Shown here piece after piece: positions 53,501 through 64,000 of a stretch of 64,000 bases of DNA. Both the position numbers and the translations under genes were made by a program. This DNA is from Ruditapes philippinarum (lineage: Eukaryota), in assembly GCF_026571515.1 (NCBI RefSeq), contig NW_026853413.1:62001-126000 (forward strand), in the 5' to 3' direction. A model generated the notes under the pieces. It was not told where the DNA came from and made no database searches. It worked only from the letters and a program-made list of their open reading frames with translations. Numbering within the stretch: position 1 is the first letter of the stretch; each line of letters opens with the position of its first letter.

Positions 53501-55335
53501 GAAATTTACAAATTACTGTATAATTTAATGAATTATACATTTGTAAATCAAACAATTTATCAGAAGTAAAACTCACGATTTGGTGATGTCATGTTCATCA
53601 TGTTCGTTGGCAGGGCTCCATGGTGGTTCACAGCCTTCACTACGTGGGAACTGGGTAAACCAAGCAGAATCGTCACTTGCTAACGTAACATGTGGCCACC
53701 TAACAACAAGCATGGGTTGTAAATAAACTTAACAGTATAAAACAGCAATGTTCTTGAGCTTTGTAAATATAATTTTTATTTTAAAGATGAATTTGATTAA
53801 TGTTTAATGGATTTCAAGTGTACAAATGTTAGTAAAAGATAACTCGTTGTAGATTTTACGTATCCATATAGCTATCTTACATTGATGGACCATAGGCAAA
53901 CACATACTGCCATTGCTTATACTAGTTATGATTATAAAACAATGTATAGTAAAACAAATTTTTGCAACATTTTTACTTTTTAAATTAGCATATCTTGTTT
54001 TATAAATGCAAAACACAGCATTATGTAATTACCATTCAGCGGATAGTGTAGCATTGTCCCAGTTTATGAAAGGATTAGATGGATTAGGTAATGGTTTTGG
54101 ACCACACGGAGTGGTGTTGCTAGGATCCACATATACAATCGCACCCTTTTCGTCTGCGGCGGTTTCTGCTTCCGACTGACAACGACACACAACTAGATTC
54201 ACAAGTACGATTACAATAGTCTTGAACTGTTTTAAAAAAGAAAATCAATGATTTGGTAAAACCGCTGATTATGTCTTACAAATTAACTAGCTTTATTATT
54301 TTTTTGAGGGGTGGGGTTGGGGGAGGATCAAAACCATACATTCTAAGATCAGTGTGCATAACGTTTGCTTCCTTGACTGACGTTAATTTACCGATACAAT
54401 ACGGCGAGGGTAAGTGTGTCCACTGACTTATATAGGCCACATAAGCTAACCAACAAACTATTTTCATTGATAATGCTATGTATATAATTATGTTTTTGTG
54501 GCTACAATTGGATATATAATGTTGAATTATGAAATTAACAAATGTTGCTGTGTTAATGATAAAATTTATCAGATGTAACCAAAGAAATAAGCATTGTTTT
54601 ATGTTTTATCTTTGAATGATCTAACTATATTGAAATGTTCATAGTTCAGCTATCCAAAATTGTAATGATGTAACTGATGTCCTGAAAGCATTCATAAATT
54701 CTCCCCATGCATAGTAATGGAGTTACTATATTATAAGTTAATGCGCCTCAAAATGGTTTACTCTTATATGATAAACAGTCATGTTGTTGAAATGAAATGA
54801 GCCGCGTCACGACAAAACCAACAAAGTGCGCGCAGTCTGATCAGGATCCATGCTGTTCGCTTACAAAGTCTATATATATCAAGTAGAGAAACTGATAGCG
54901 AACAGCATGGATCCTGATCAGACTGCGCGGATGCGCAGGCTGGTCTGGATCCATGCTGTTCGCAAACCCATTATGTTGGTTTTGTCGTGACGCGGCTCAA
55001 ATCTATATTATAAGGTCATACAGATATTGTCGATTTTAACGGTTGCTGCAATTAAAGGGAGATAATTAACAAATCATTTTCATAAATGTTTTGACTATTC
55101 TGCAACAGAATGGAATGTATTTCATTTTTTAAGTAAACTATAATCAATAAAAGCAATTATCAATAAATAATAACAATCTTGTATGTTTATGTGTATTTTT
55201 CTAAACGGAATCCGTATATTTACTTTATCCTGTACTTTGTTGTAAATTGTTTAACAATTAATTTGATTTCATGCTTAACATCAGAAAGATATCGTTATCA
55301 CTAAAATTTCTTACCATTTTGATACCGTGTGCCAT
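50536..55335 (-). CDS. G6: Spaetzle-like/cystine-knot secreted protein, subfamily B, ~273-279 aa, intact
   Basis: Exons 55335-55315 (MAHGIKM), 54226-54033 (FKTIVIVLVNLVVCRCQ...PCGPKP...AEW), 53699-53577, 51937-51776 (LDKKIFFFWQSSCPYEASWLGSF...ETCFLLWPCCQQVRIVKCT), 51363-51180 (TNCMTRTHC...VCCETNFRQHKDIYVFCP...DCKRFPKRCLKL), 50691-50536 (VTISVPQCCECWSCRGAHHIHQLTDEKPVEHVKPAPAEKPGRDAKPINTRG*). GT-AG, 840 nt in frame. Confidence 0.88.
52159..52393. mobile_element. Palindromic MITE (Sola-like), copy 1
   Basis: GAGCCGCGTCACGACAAAACC...GGTTTTGTCGTGACGCGGCTC, about 100-bp arms; 4-bp TSD ATAT. Confidence 0.88.
54799..54998. mobile_element. Palindromic MITE (Sola-like), copy 2 (left arm internally deleted)
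   Basis: Same termini as copy 1; 4-bp TSD AAAT. Confidence 0.88.
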
Positions 55336-55536
55336 TCCTGAAATGAAATTCAGAAGAAAAAGATATATAGAAATATATCACATTTTATCAGGCTTCATCT
55401 CCAATTTAAGTTTTGCTATACTGCAATTTGCATTGTTCGAATTTACATTTGTTACAATATGTTACACACATATAATGTCTATCCTCTTACCTATTCATAT
55501 AATATACGTGAAACGATCTTATTCTGTGTTTTAACC

Positions 55537-55590
55537 TTATATATGTATAGAAAACTGAAGAATATGAAAATGTAGGTTCGTCAAGGGGTT
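55537..55590 (-). promoter_or_regulatory. Putative G6 core promoter: CGAACCT motif + TATA box
   Basis: AGGTTCGTC at 55574-55582; TATATAA on - at 55543-55537; candidate donor TAG|gtaaga near 55490. Confidence 0.55.
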
Positions 55591-56547
55591 GACTATATTT
55601 CGACTTCATGCGCGTTATTTACATGTAACTCTTGCAGCGATTTTTATTCCAACACTCTATTAATACATGTATATGGTATTTATAAATATTTCATGATGAT
55701 AGCTTCACTAAAAAGTTTGTAATAGTTCGACGCTAATAAACAAATTATACCCGCAACGATTTAAAAAGCTCAAAAAGGGTAACGTAACATATATACATGT
55801 AGATACATCATGATTGATGTTTCATCAACATCTTTGATATCCTAAAGCCTATGGCTAAATCCGTACTTGTTAAATTTGAACATATTTTTTTCGAGATTTG
55901 AGTAACGTTTGATATAGGTCTGGACCAATAACTGTTGTGCAAAATGTCAGATCATTCGCTCCGAAATATTTAATCATTTCAATCGTACACAATAACCAAA
56001 AGAATAAAAAGAATAAAAACGTTTCACAACGCTTTTACAACGGGCTAAAATCGCACAAAAATCGATCTTATCTATCTGGAGTGCCCCAGTGAGGCTGGTC
56101 AAACGATTCAAATTTTATGGGACCTCAGTGAAGCTCCTTTTACCATTAAGAAAAAAATGAATGCTGCGTATAAAAACTGGTCAGGCCCGCCTCTCTTTGG
56201 TTTCGTTTTATGGTGTATAAATCGTAAAGAAGTTATTACAACAAATGCTGTTTTCATATTTTTACTGCTGTAATAACTGAGTATTATATCATTAAAACAG
56301 TTTTAAGATTTTTCTAGGAATAGGAAGATAATAATAAAATATGAACAGGTGTTAGTTTGTTAGTTTAACTTACTGAACAACCCTATAATACAAGATATAT
56401 CAAAAGAGCTCCACTGAGGTCCAAATGCCTAAAAAGATATTTGGAATCCTTACATAGATCAACGGGGACTCCAAAATGAAAAAATATACAATAGCTATAA
56501 AAGAAATATACTCATAACTAAAATGAAATTGTATTTTAGTGCGATAC

Positions 56548-57210
56548 TACGGAAACGTATAGCGACCACCCCTATATGATATATATCAAATGACATTTTT
56601 TATAGTTTTATAGTATGTTTGTTATATGTAAATATAATTTGAGGAAAGAAATACATATTTAAAATGATGTAAGTGTATTATTTTTTCATTTTGTCAGAAA
56701 GTTAAAAGCAGTTTATCTTGCATTACAAGATAAAAAACGTACGATAGATTACGAAAAAATGCGTATTATATATGATTTACAACATATAACTTGATTTAAT
56801 TGCTTCCTTTATATATTGCGTGGGATTGTTCTGTCCTCATTATCAAATATAAACTGTAAAATATGTTATATTATAATAAAAACACCTCAAATATATATAA
56901 CTAATACATATAAATGAACAGAAAAAAACTCACATAAATTTTAATTCAGAAATATTAACAGCAGATTGAGTAAAAAATATATATTCAATATCAAATAACA
57001 ATTAAAATATTGGTCAAATAGATACCATGTGTTAAATAAATTGTCTAAAATTCTGTTTTACTAACATTCAGAGGCGGTAGATATTACTAGATACATATTT
57101 CAGATCAAGTAAGTTTGTAAAAATTGGTTAGGTATATAATATGTAATAAATAAATTGTCAAAAATTCTGTTTTAACTAACATATAGGGGTGGTCGCTATA
57201 CGTTTCCGTA
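56548..57210. mobile_element. Non-autonomous DNA transposon (IS3EU-like)
   Basis: Perfect ~31-bp TIR TACGGAAACGTATAGCGACCACCCCTATATG; 6-bp TSD CGATAC (56542-56547, 57211-57216). Confidence 0.88.
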
Positions 57211-57322
57211 CGATACTTTGCCCGATTTCAATTTTATGTCATTTTTCACAATATTCTGTGAAAAAGGACTGAACGAATTATCTGAAATTTCGCACACAAG
57301 TTATTGTGAAACGATATAATAT

Positions 57323-57548
57323 GAGCCGCGTCATGACAAAACCAACATAATGGGTTTGCGACCAGCATGGATCAAGACCAGCCTGCGCATCCGCGCAGTT
57401 TGATCAGGTCCATGCTGTTCGCTTACAAACAAGTAGAGAAACTGATAGCGAACAGCATGGATCCTGATCAGACTGCGCGGATGCGCAGGCTGGTCTTGAT
57501 CCATGCTGGTCGCAAACCCATTATGTTGGTTTTGTCATGACGCGGCTC
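57323..57548. mobile_element. Palindromic MITE (Sola-like), copy 3
   Basis: Same termini (one substitution); 4-bp TSD ATAT. Confidence 0.88.
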
Positions 57549-59941
57549 ATATTATAATTATTTAAAAAAATAGATTATTTAATTTATGAAAGTGAGTGAT
57601 TGATTTCAATATAATTTTTAATATAAATTTACACTCAATGGAAAAAATGTTTCACACGTTCTTGCTTTGAAAATAAAATGCTGTTTGGCAAATGGGAGAG
57701 ATTCAACGTGAATTTACGCACGCTGTCAACCAAACATGTTGTAAACATAAGTCCTGTTATTTTCAGTGACATTTAATAATAGTGTAACATATTTATCATA
57801 AAATGCAGGCAACCTTGATAACAATAAGATATATATTTAGGTCGGATAAATGTCTACATGTATGTATGTATAATATAACAGCTTAAAACAGATCATTGAC
57901 ATTGCGTGCTTTATAACATCTAACGACCAATACATGTTAAATCATATCATTTATAAATAAAAGTGATAAAAATGTACATGATTCCTATTTTGTCGTCTTG
58001 AGCTTTCTTTTGGGACTATTTTCCTTTCTTTCTTTTTTTCTATTTTATTGTCACATTCAAGTTGTGTGTGCCGTGTGGAAAACGTAAAATGTCATAAATA
58101 ATCGACAGGAAAAACAAAACAATTGAATTACACGTAATTTGTTTTTCTATCGTCCTTGTACATGTATATTATTTATTTGTTGCAATATCACGTGCAGCTA
58201 AAAATATTTTTTTAAAAATCACTTATAAGAACACCAATTAAAATTGAAAATGCTGCTGACTCTCTAATTTGTAAAATTAAACTATATTATACCGTCCACG
58301 TTCAGTGGTTTTGTTTTTCTTATCTTATATTTGATGCAATTATATTATAATTAAGCTTGCATATTTTTTTCATCTTGAAAGAAAAACTTGGATATCACAA
58401 AACAATCATTATATACATATTTCTTCCTTCGCTACTAGTGTGAATAATAGAAAAGTTATACAAAACATCTGAAATTCCGACATTTTCGTCGTACAAAAGA
58501 GAGATAAGTTTGTTTTCATGAAGGGGGTCATATTTTACTTTTTTTTAACACATTTAAGATCAATATCAATCGGGTCATATTTTTTCTTTCCAGGTTCGAT
58601 ACTCGTGCCTGTGGAATAGATGTGTGTATAGATGCTAATTAGATATTCCGTCCAGGACTATGATAATAAATTTAAATGGAAATCAAACATTTATAATATA
58701 ATTTGTTCTCACCTGTCTAAATATATGTGTCAATTAAAAAATTTTATTTACAATAGGCTTCAAATATAGTTGACGGACATGGAATAGCTGGACAGGAATG
58801 TGATAAAAGCATTTACTGAAACAAATTAAAACTTATCTATTGTGCTTGATGCACGAACTTTTTTTTGCACGATGTAAGGCAATAGCATATATAAATGCCG
58901 TCTGGTTCACAACAAAAACAAAACGTACACCGGAGTAAAGTCTTGTCATCAGCTGATAAGGTTTTCGCAGTAAGATTTAGGTTTCTCGAAAGTAAACCCA
59001 GCATTAATCATTTTACTCACTGTATAAATTGCTTCCTCTTATTCCTTTTCATATATGGTTTAACGACGAATTATGCTCACTGTCAAACAGTAAAAGTTCT
59101 ATTTACTGTTGACTAAAAGAAAATGCTATTCGGATATAACTTGATTTGGATATAAATTACACAAAAGGCGATTTCTTCATTACGAGAACTTGAAGTTTTA
59201 TCACTAATTACCAAAAAACATCCGATTCATTATACAATACCTCGATAATTCAACCATATACACTTATCAAATCTTATAAATGGTCTCAGACTCAATAGTG
59301 ACCCCATCATGAAGGCATCTGGAGATTTTCAATAAAGTTGAGAGACATGATTTGATATTCCAGTTCTTTGATTTTATAACAAACAACTTGCATGCCCAAA
59401 TATATGTGATCAAATCAAATCATCAAATCAAAATTTATTTATTGTCGGTATATATATATATATAACATTTTACAAAACATAAGCTAAGTGTATCTTTTGA
59501 CCGACATGATTCTGCATGAAGAGTTGAATGTTGCAAAATGATGCCAGTGATTATTATTCAAATACCAAGTATGCCAACCCCGACTATTCACAACTGTCTA
59601 GCAACATTTAGGCATGGATCAGTGGTCATAAAAACGTTAATGAACACAATATTAGTGACAACACACTTCCTTTACTTTCAGATGCGGTGTGCTGTAACAT
59701 GCAAAAATTTTCAAGATTGAGCAAATTCTTCCCCAAATTTATGTACAAAGCTATGTCACATCAATGCATCAATATTACCAGGCTATGATGGTGTATTTTT
59801 TGAATAATTTTCAATGACATCATCATTTTTGCAACATTTTTTTTTCATGAACAATCACATTTATCTGGCATGTGCATTAAATTTGTGTTTGTTATGAATA
59901 TGAACTTAAGTGAAATAAAAAAATAAAATTTAATAAGTGTA

Positions 59942-60826
59942 CACTTAACAAAACTTATAACTGTGCAGTTTTTAAATGTGAATAACTTTTTTATTACTTG
60001 ACATTTTTTAACAAAATTTTGGAATTCATCGTTTTAATGGTTTATTTTTACAATGCTATATTCAGAAATAACGGTTATTTTTGTTGTGTGCGTTCATCCG
60101 TGACATGTACATAAACAACAAAGTGCACGTGAGTATGGCAGCTTGGTGCTAAATGAAGTTATTATTGACCATCAAGGATTCTATTTAAAAAAAGACATCC
60201 AAAAAACTTAAATTTATTGCAGATTTTTTGCAATTGAAAGAAAAATGGCCGTCTAGAAGTTTTACGCAACGGAATTTACATTTCAGGCATCCTTTTGAAA
60301 ATAAATTTGCATAATATTTTCTCAAATAAACATATTGACTAAGATTTTACTTTAAAACTAAAAAACAAACTTTCTTGGTACTTTCATTTTCATGAAAATA
60401 TTGTGTTTGCATTGCTTTTAGTAACTGAGTACAACGCGTTACGGAGATCGACATAAACCAGTCTTTACTTAAATTCAATAAAGCAAATATTAAAATCACA
60501 GTGACATAATGCCCTGGACTTCATTATAGTATTATACCCTATCGATGATCCGATGTTTTATGTTTGTATTTTAGTGAAATCAAGAGATCTAGACCTTTTT
60601 GCACCCATTATAAACACGCATTTTACAGAAATGTGAAATTCGGTTTTCGCGCAATTTTGCACACATCGCTATTTCTCAGTAAATACGAATCGCCCTGACA
60701 TAAAAATCGATACCCATCATGCCACATATCTGTACTATATTTGGTTAAAATTTCAGAGACCTATGTTTATTAGTATCTGAGAAAAAATGATTTTCATAGG
60801 TGCACAGTTATAAGATTTGTTAAGTG
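59942..60826. mobile_element. Tc1/mariner-like non-autonomous element
   Basis: TIRs CACTTAACAAAACTTATAACTGTGCA / TGCACAGTTATAAGATTTGTTAAGTG flanked by TA on both sides; no ORF. Confidence 0.75.
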
Positions 60827-61194
60827 TATATATAACTACATATTATATAGGGATGGAGTACATGTATTTTAAAACTTATCTTTCTGGGAGTTGGGTTATT
60901 TTCTGATTGAATCATTATTGATTGTTATTTTGATTGTATGATTATCATACAGGGATTTTCTATTTGAAAGACAAGACATATTTTGATACTATCATTTTGA
61001 CAGAACATTGATCCAGTCTAAGTGTATCATATTGTATCGCATATAATATGATATACAGGACTAGTATTCTCTTAACAACTTTGTTCCAGATTTGTGTTTC
61101 TGAACTGAGACAGTTGAAGCTACTCCTGTCACATCTGAATGAGAGATATTTCAAAGATATTTCATGAGAATCAGATATGATAAAAGAGATAGTT

Positions 61195-61480
61195 CATGCG
61201 ATATTATAAACAGCATATTTCACGAAATATTATAAACAAGATATTTCATACAATATGATAAACAAGATATTTCATACAATATGATAAACAAGATATTTCA
61301 TACAATATGATAAACAAGATATTTCATACAATATGATAAACAAGATATTTCATACAATATGATAAACAAGATATTCCATACAATATGACAAACAACATAT
61401 TTCATACAATATGATAATTTAAAACAACATATTTCATACAATATGATAAACAACATATTTCATCAAGATATTTCATGGGA
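61195..61480. repeat. 26-bp minisatellite (ATATTTCATACAATATGATAAACAAG)n
   Basis: About 10 tandem units visible. Confidence 0.9.
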
Positions 61481-61682
61481 TATTAAAGACATTGTCAAAT
61501 GTCCTGTTCAGTCTTGCAGAAAAAAATGTAATATATAAAGGCAACTCACTGCAGCTTTTTGCCAAAACTTTATATTTGCAAGTAAGAGGCAGTGTACATA
61601 GTGACCAAAATGTTGCCTCATAGAAGAGATGAACTTCCTAACTTGTACCTGTCTTAATATATCAAAACCCACCATGATTTAC

Positions 61683-61980
61683 CTTGTTTTTAACCTATAG
61701 CTCTTCAACGCTTCTTATGTAAAATTCTTCCAAGTATAATTTCCAATAACCGTAAATTATACCATACCCAGACTATGGTATAATTTTCAGTTTTGAAGAT
61801 CGAAGGAGTAAGTGTTTCTGGGCGGAGCTATAGGTTAAAACAGATACACCATTGGTGCGTTGACGATTTCTGGGTTTGCGTAAACTTCGTCTCGTGAGGT
61901 TAAGGCATAAGAAAGGTCACGTGATTATGGTATAATTTACGCAAACCCAGAAATCGTCAACGCAGCAATGGTATATCTAT
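61683..61980. repeat. Element with nested inverted repeats upstream of the AMDHD2 exon
   Basis: TTTTAACCTATAGCTC/GAGCTATAGGTTAAAA; AAATTATACCATA/TATGGTATAATTT; TGCGTTGACGATTTCTGGGTTTGCGTAAA/TTTACGCAAACCCAGAAATCGTCAACGCA. Confidence 0.65.
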
Positions 61981-62198
61981 TACATATTCCTCAGTCTATA
62001 TAATGTATGCACCAAATTTAACATATACTGTCAAATCTCTTGTCACCTGACATAGCAAATGCAGACTGAATTATTTTAAAAAATAAAGATACTTGTAATT
62101 AATTGATTAACAGGTGTAGTAGGGGTGCATATTAATTTGCTAACATTTCTTTTGAAATTTTAATTTAATATGTACTTTTTTTGTTACAGAAAACAAAT

Positions 62199-62412
62199 AT
62201 GCCTTCTAAAGTGAGAGATGGATGTATTTATCAATATAAAAACTGTAAGATTTTGTGGAATCACAGTCTGGTCGAAGAAGATCTGTGGGTACGTGAGGGG
62301 AAAATTTTAAACCCAGAAAAGTTGTTTTTTGATGAGCAAGCATATGCGGATGTACAGATTGACTGTAAAGGATGTATCATTGCTCCAGGATATATTGATG
62401 TACAAATAAATG
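62199..62412 (+). CDS. AMDHD2: N-acetylglucosamine-6-phosphate deacetylase, first coding exon (gene continues beyond the window)
   Basis: MPSKVRDGCIYQYKNCKILWNHSLVEEDLWVREGKILNPEKLFFDEQAYADVQIDCKGCIIAPGYIDVQING matches the metazoan AMDHD2/NagA N-terminus (EDLWVR..G.IL.PEKLFF; APG[F/Y]IDVQING). Acceptor ttacag at 62184-62189; donor G|gtaggt at 62412/62413. Confidence 0.93.
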
Positions 62413-63214
62413 GTAGGTTTTCCAGTGTAAAGTAATTTACGTTCATTTAAACAATAATATTGTGGATGTAAAAAACAGTTTACCTTACCTACCATAAGAC
62501 TTACTCAATACTGTAAAAAAACTAAAATATTAATGAGACTTACAATGATATTACCTAGGATATTTTTATTATTTTCATGATAGATAAAATTTAAAGCGGT
62601 GTATGAACATAATTGTAATATATTAATTATGTTATGTATTGAATATGTTAGATATTGGTTTTGTGATATAAATGATGTGATACATTGATTATGAGAGTAT
62701 TTGTTATGTGATATATTAGATATGTGATATAATGAATGTGTTAGATATTGGTTATGTGATATTATACATGATTTATTTAATTTTACCCATGAAAAATGGT
62801 GCTATATCAGTCAAATATATTTCATATTTTTTAAAAATGAATATGAAATATAAATATGAAAGTGGGCGGAGTCAAAACTCATATTTATTTTAAGGGACAT
62901 TTTTCGCCATTTTGTTTGAAAAATCTGATAAATACAAAACAACTTTTTGTTGAATTTTGTTAAGAAAACTATCTAGAATGATAGAAAATGGTCTAATTAA
63001 GAGAATAAATCCGAACACCAATATCTTTAATTAAGTCAATAACGCTGTACAGACGTTTGAAGAGTTGTTTACGTGACGTCACAATGTAGCGTTAAATATC
63101 GCGTGCAAAACAAGACAATAACTATATTACTGACGCTGTACAAATGCAGTTGCGTAGCAAGCAAGGGGGATGGTAACCAATTTTCTTTGATAATGAAATT
63201 AAATAAAAAGGTTA

Positions 63215-63370
63215 TTTTTTTCGTTTTTTGTTAAATATGGTATATATTTTCACGCAACATGATAAAATGCCACATATTTTCACTTGCTGTCCCGGCTCGT
63301 GAAAATATGTGGCATTTTATCATGTTGAGTGAAAATATATTCCATATTTCACTCAAACGAAAAAATATCC
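63215..63370. repeat. Long hairpin of the same architecture as 7608-7770
   Basis: CAACATGATAAAATGCCACATATTTTCAC...GTGAAAATATGTGGCATTTTATCATGTTG, ending AAATATCCTCT like the 7608 copy. Confidence 0.7.
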
Positions 63371-63377
63371 TCTTAAT

Positions 63378-63783
63378 ATTGGCTATGTGATATATTGTAT
63401 ATGTTAGATATTAGTTATATTATGTAACATGTGATGTATTGGTTATGTGATATATTTGTTATGTTATATATATATTATGTGATATATTAATTATGTGATA
63501 TATTGGTTATGTGATATATTGGTTATGTTATATATATATTATGTGATATATTAATTATGTGATATATTGGTTATGTGATATATTGGTTATGTTATATATA
63601 TATTATGTGATATATTAATTATGTGATATATTGATTATGTGATATATTGGTTATGTGATAGATTGATTATGTTATATATCGATTATGTGATATATTAATT
63701 TTGTTACATATAAATTATGTGATATATATTAGTTATGTGTTATATTAATTATGTGATATATTGATTACGTGATATATTGATTG
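63378..63783. repeat. AT-rich ~16-17-bp minisatellite (TTATGTGATATATTGG-like)
   Basis: Tandem units visible; related diverged units at 62625-62770. Confidence 0.85.
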
Positions 63784-63787
63784 TCAT

Positions 63788-64000
63788 TTATTAGTCCCCT
63801 ACCGGTTTACCGGAGGGGACTTTAGGTTTACCCTCCGTCCGTCTGTCCGTCCGTCAGTCCGTCCGTCTGTCCGTCCGTCAGTCCGTCCGTCCACAAAACT
63901 GGATCCCGCAATAACGCAAAAAGTACTGAAAATATTTTAATGAAACTTGATATATGGATAGATGGCAGTATGGAGATTATGCACGTCTTTTTCTTTTCTT
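63788..64000 (+). mobile_element. 5' end of a Helentron-associated (HINE/DINE-like) element
   Basis: TTATTAGTCCCC...GGGGACT inverted repeat, then a (GTCC/GTCT)n microsatellite and a GAAACTTG-containing core, the typical HINE layout. Confidence 0.7.

Noticed and set aside
9517-55335. Alternative labels for the gene family (IL-17, ependymin, TGF-beta, conotoxin-like)
   Set aside because: Cys number and spacing and the CP...Q.V...C...P.CC.C layout fit the Spaetzle/neurotrophin pattern better; no gene symbol is assigned because orthology cannot be shown from sequence alone.

Overview
AT-rich eukaryotic DNA; the repeat landscape resembles a bivalve mollusc (inference). Most ORFs in the supplied track are spurious because the real genes are spliced. 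Manual splicing of the minus strand reveals a head-to-tail array of at least six paralogous genes (G1-G6, positions 1-55.3 kb). Each has six coding exons with identical intron phases (0,2,2,2,0), and the complete copies encode ~240-280 aa secreted proteins. Each protein has a signal peptide, a pro-region, a dibasic site and a Cys-rich domain ending in V-T-I-x-V-P-Q-[T/C]-C-E-C. That spacing is most consistent with a Spaetzle/neurotrophin-type cystine knot carrying extra cysteines. G2, G3, G4 and G6 are intact. G1 runs off the left edge and its exon 2 is unreadable. G5 is a chimeric pseudogene with a frameshift, two nonsense codons and a mariner-like insertion. The array splits into a basic subfamily (G1-3) and an acidic, more Cys-rich subfamily (G4-6), and five copies share a CGAACCT-N(26-32)-TATA promoter-like module. 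The first coding exon of AMDHD2 lies on the + strand at the right end. The rest is non-autonomous DNA transposons (IS3EU-like, Sola-like, Tc1/mariner-like), tRNA-derived SINEs, a LINE fragment, Helentron-like elements and tandem repeats.
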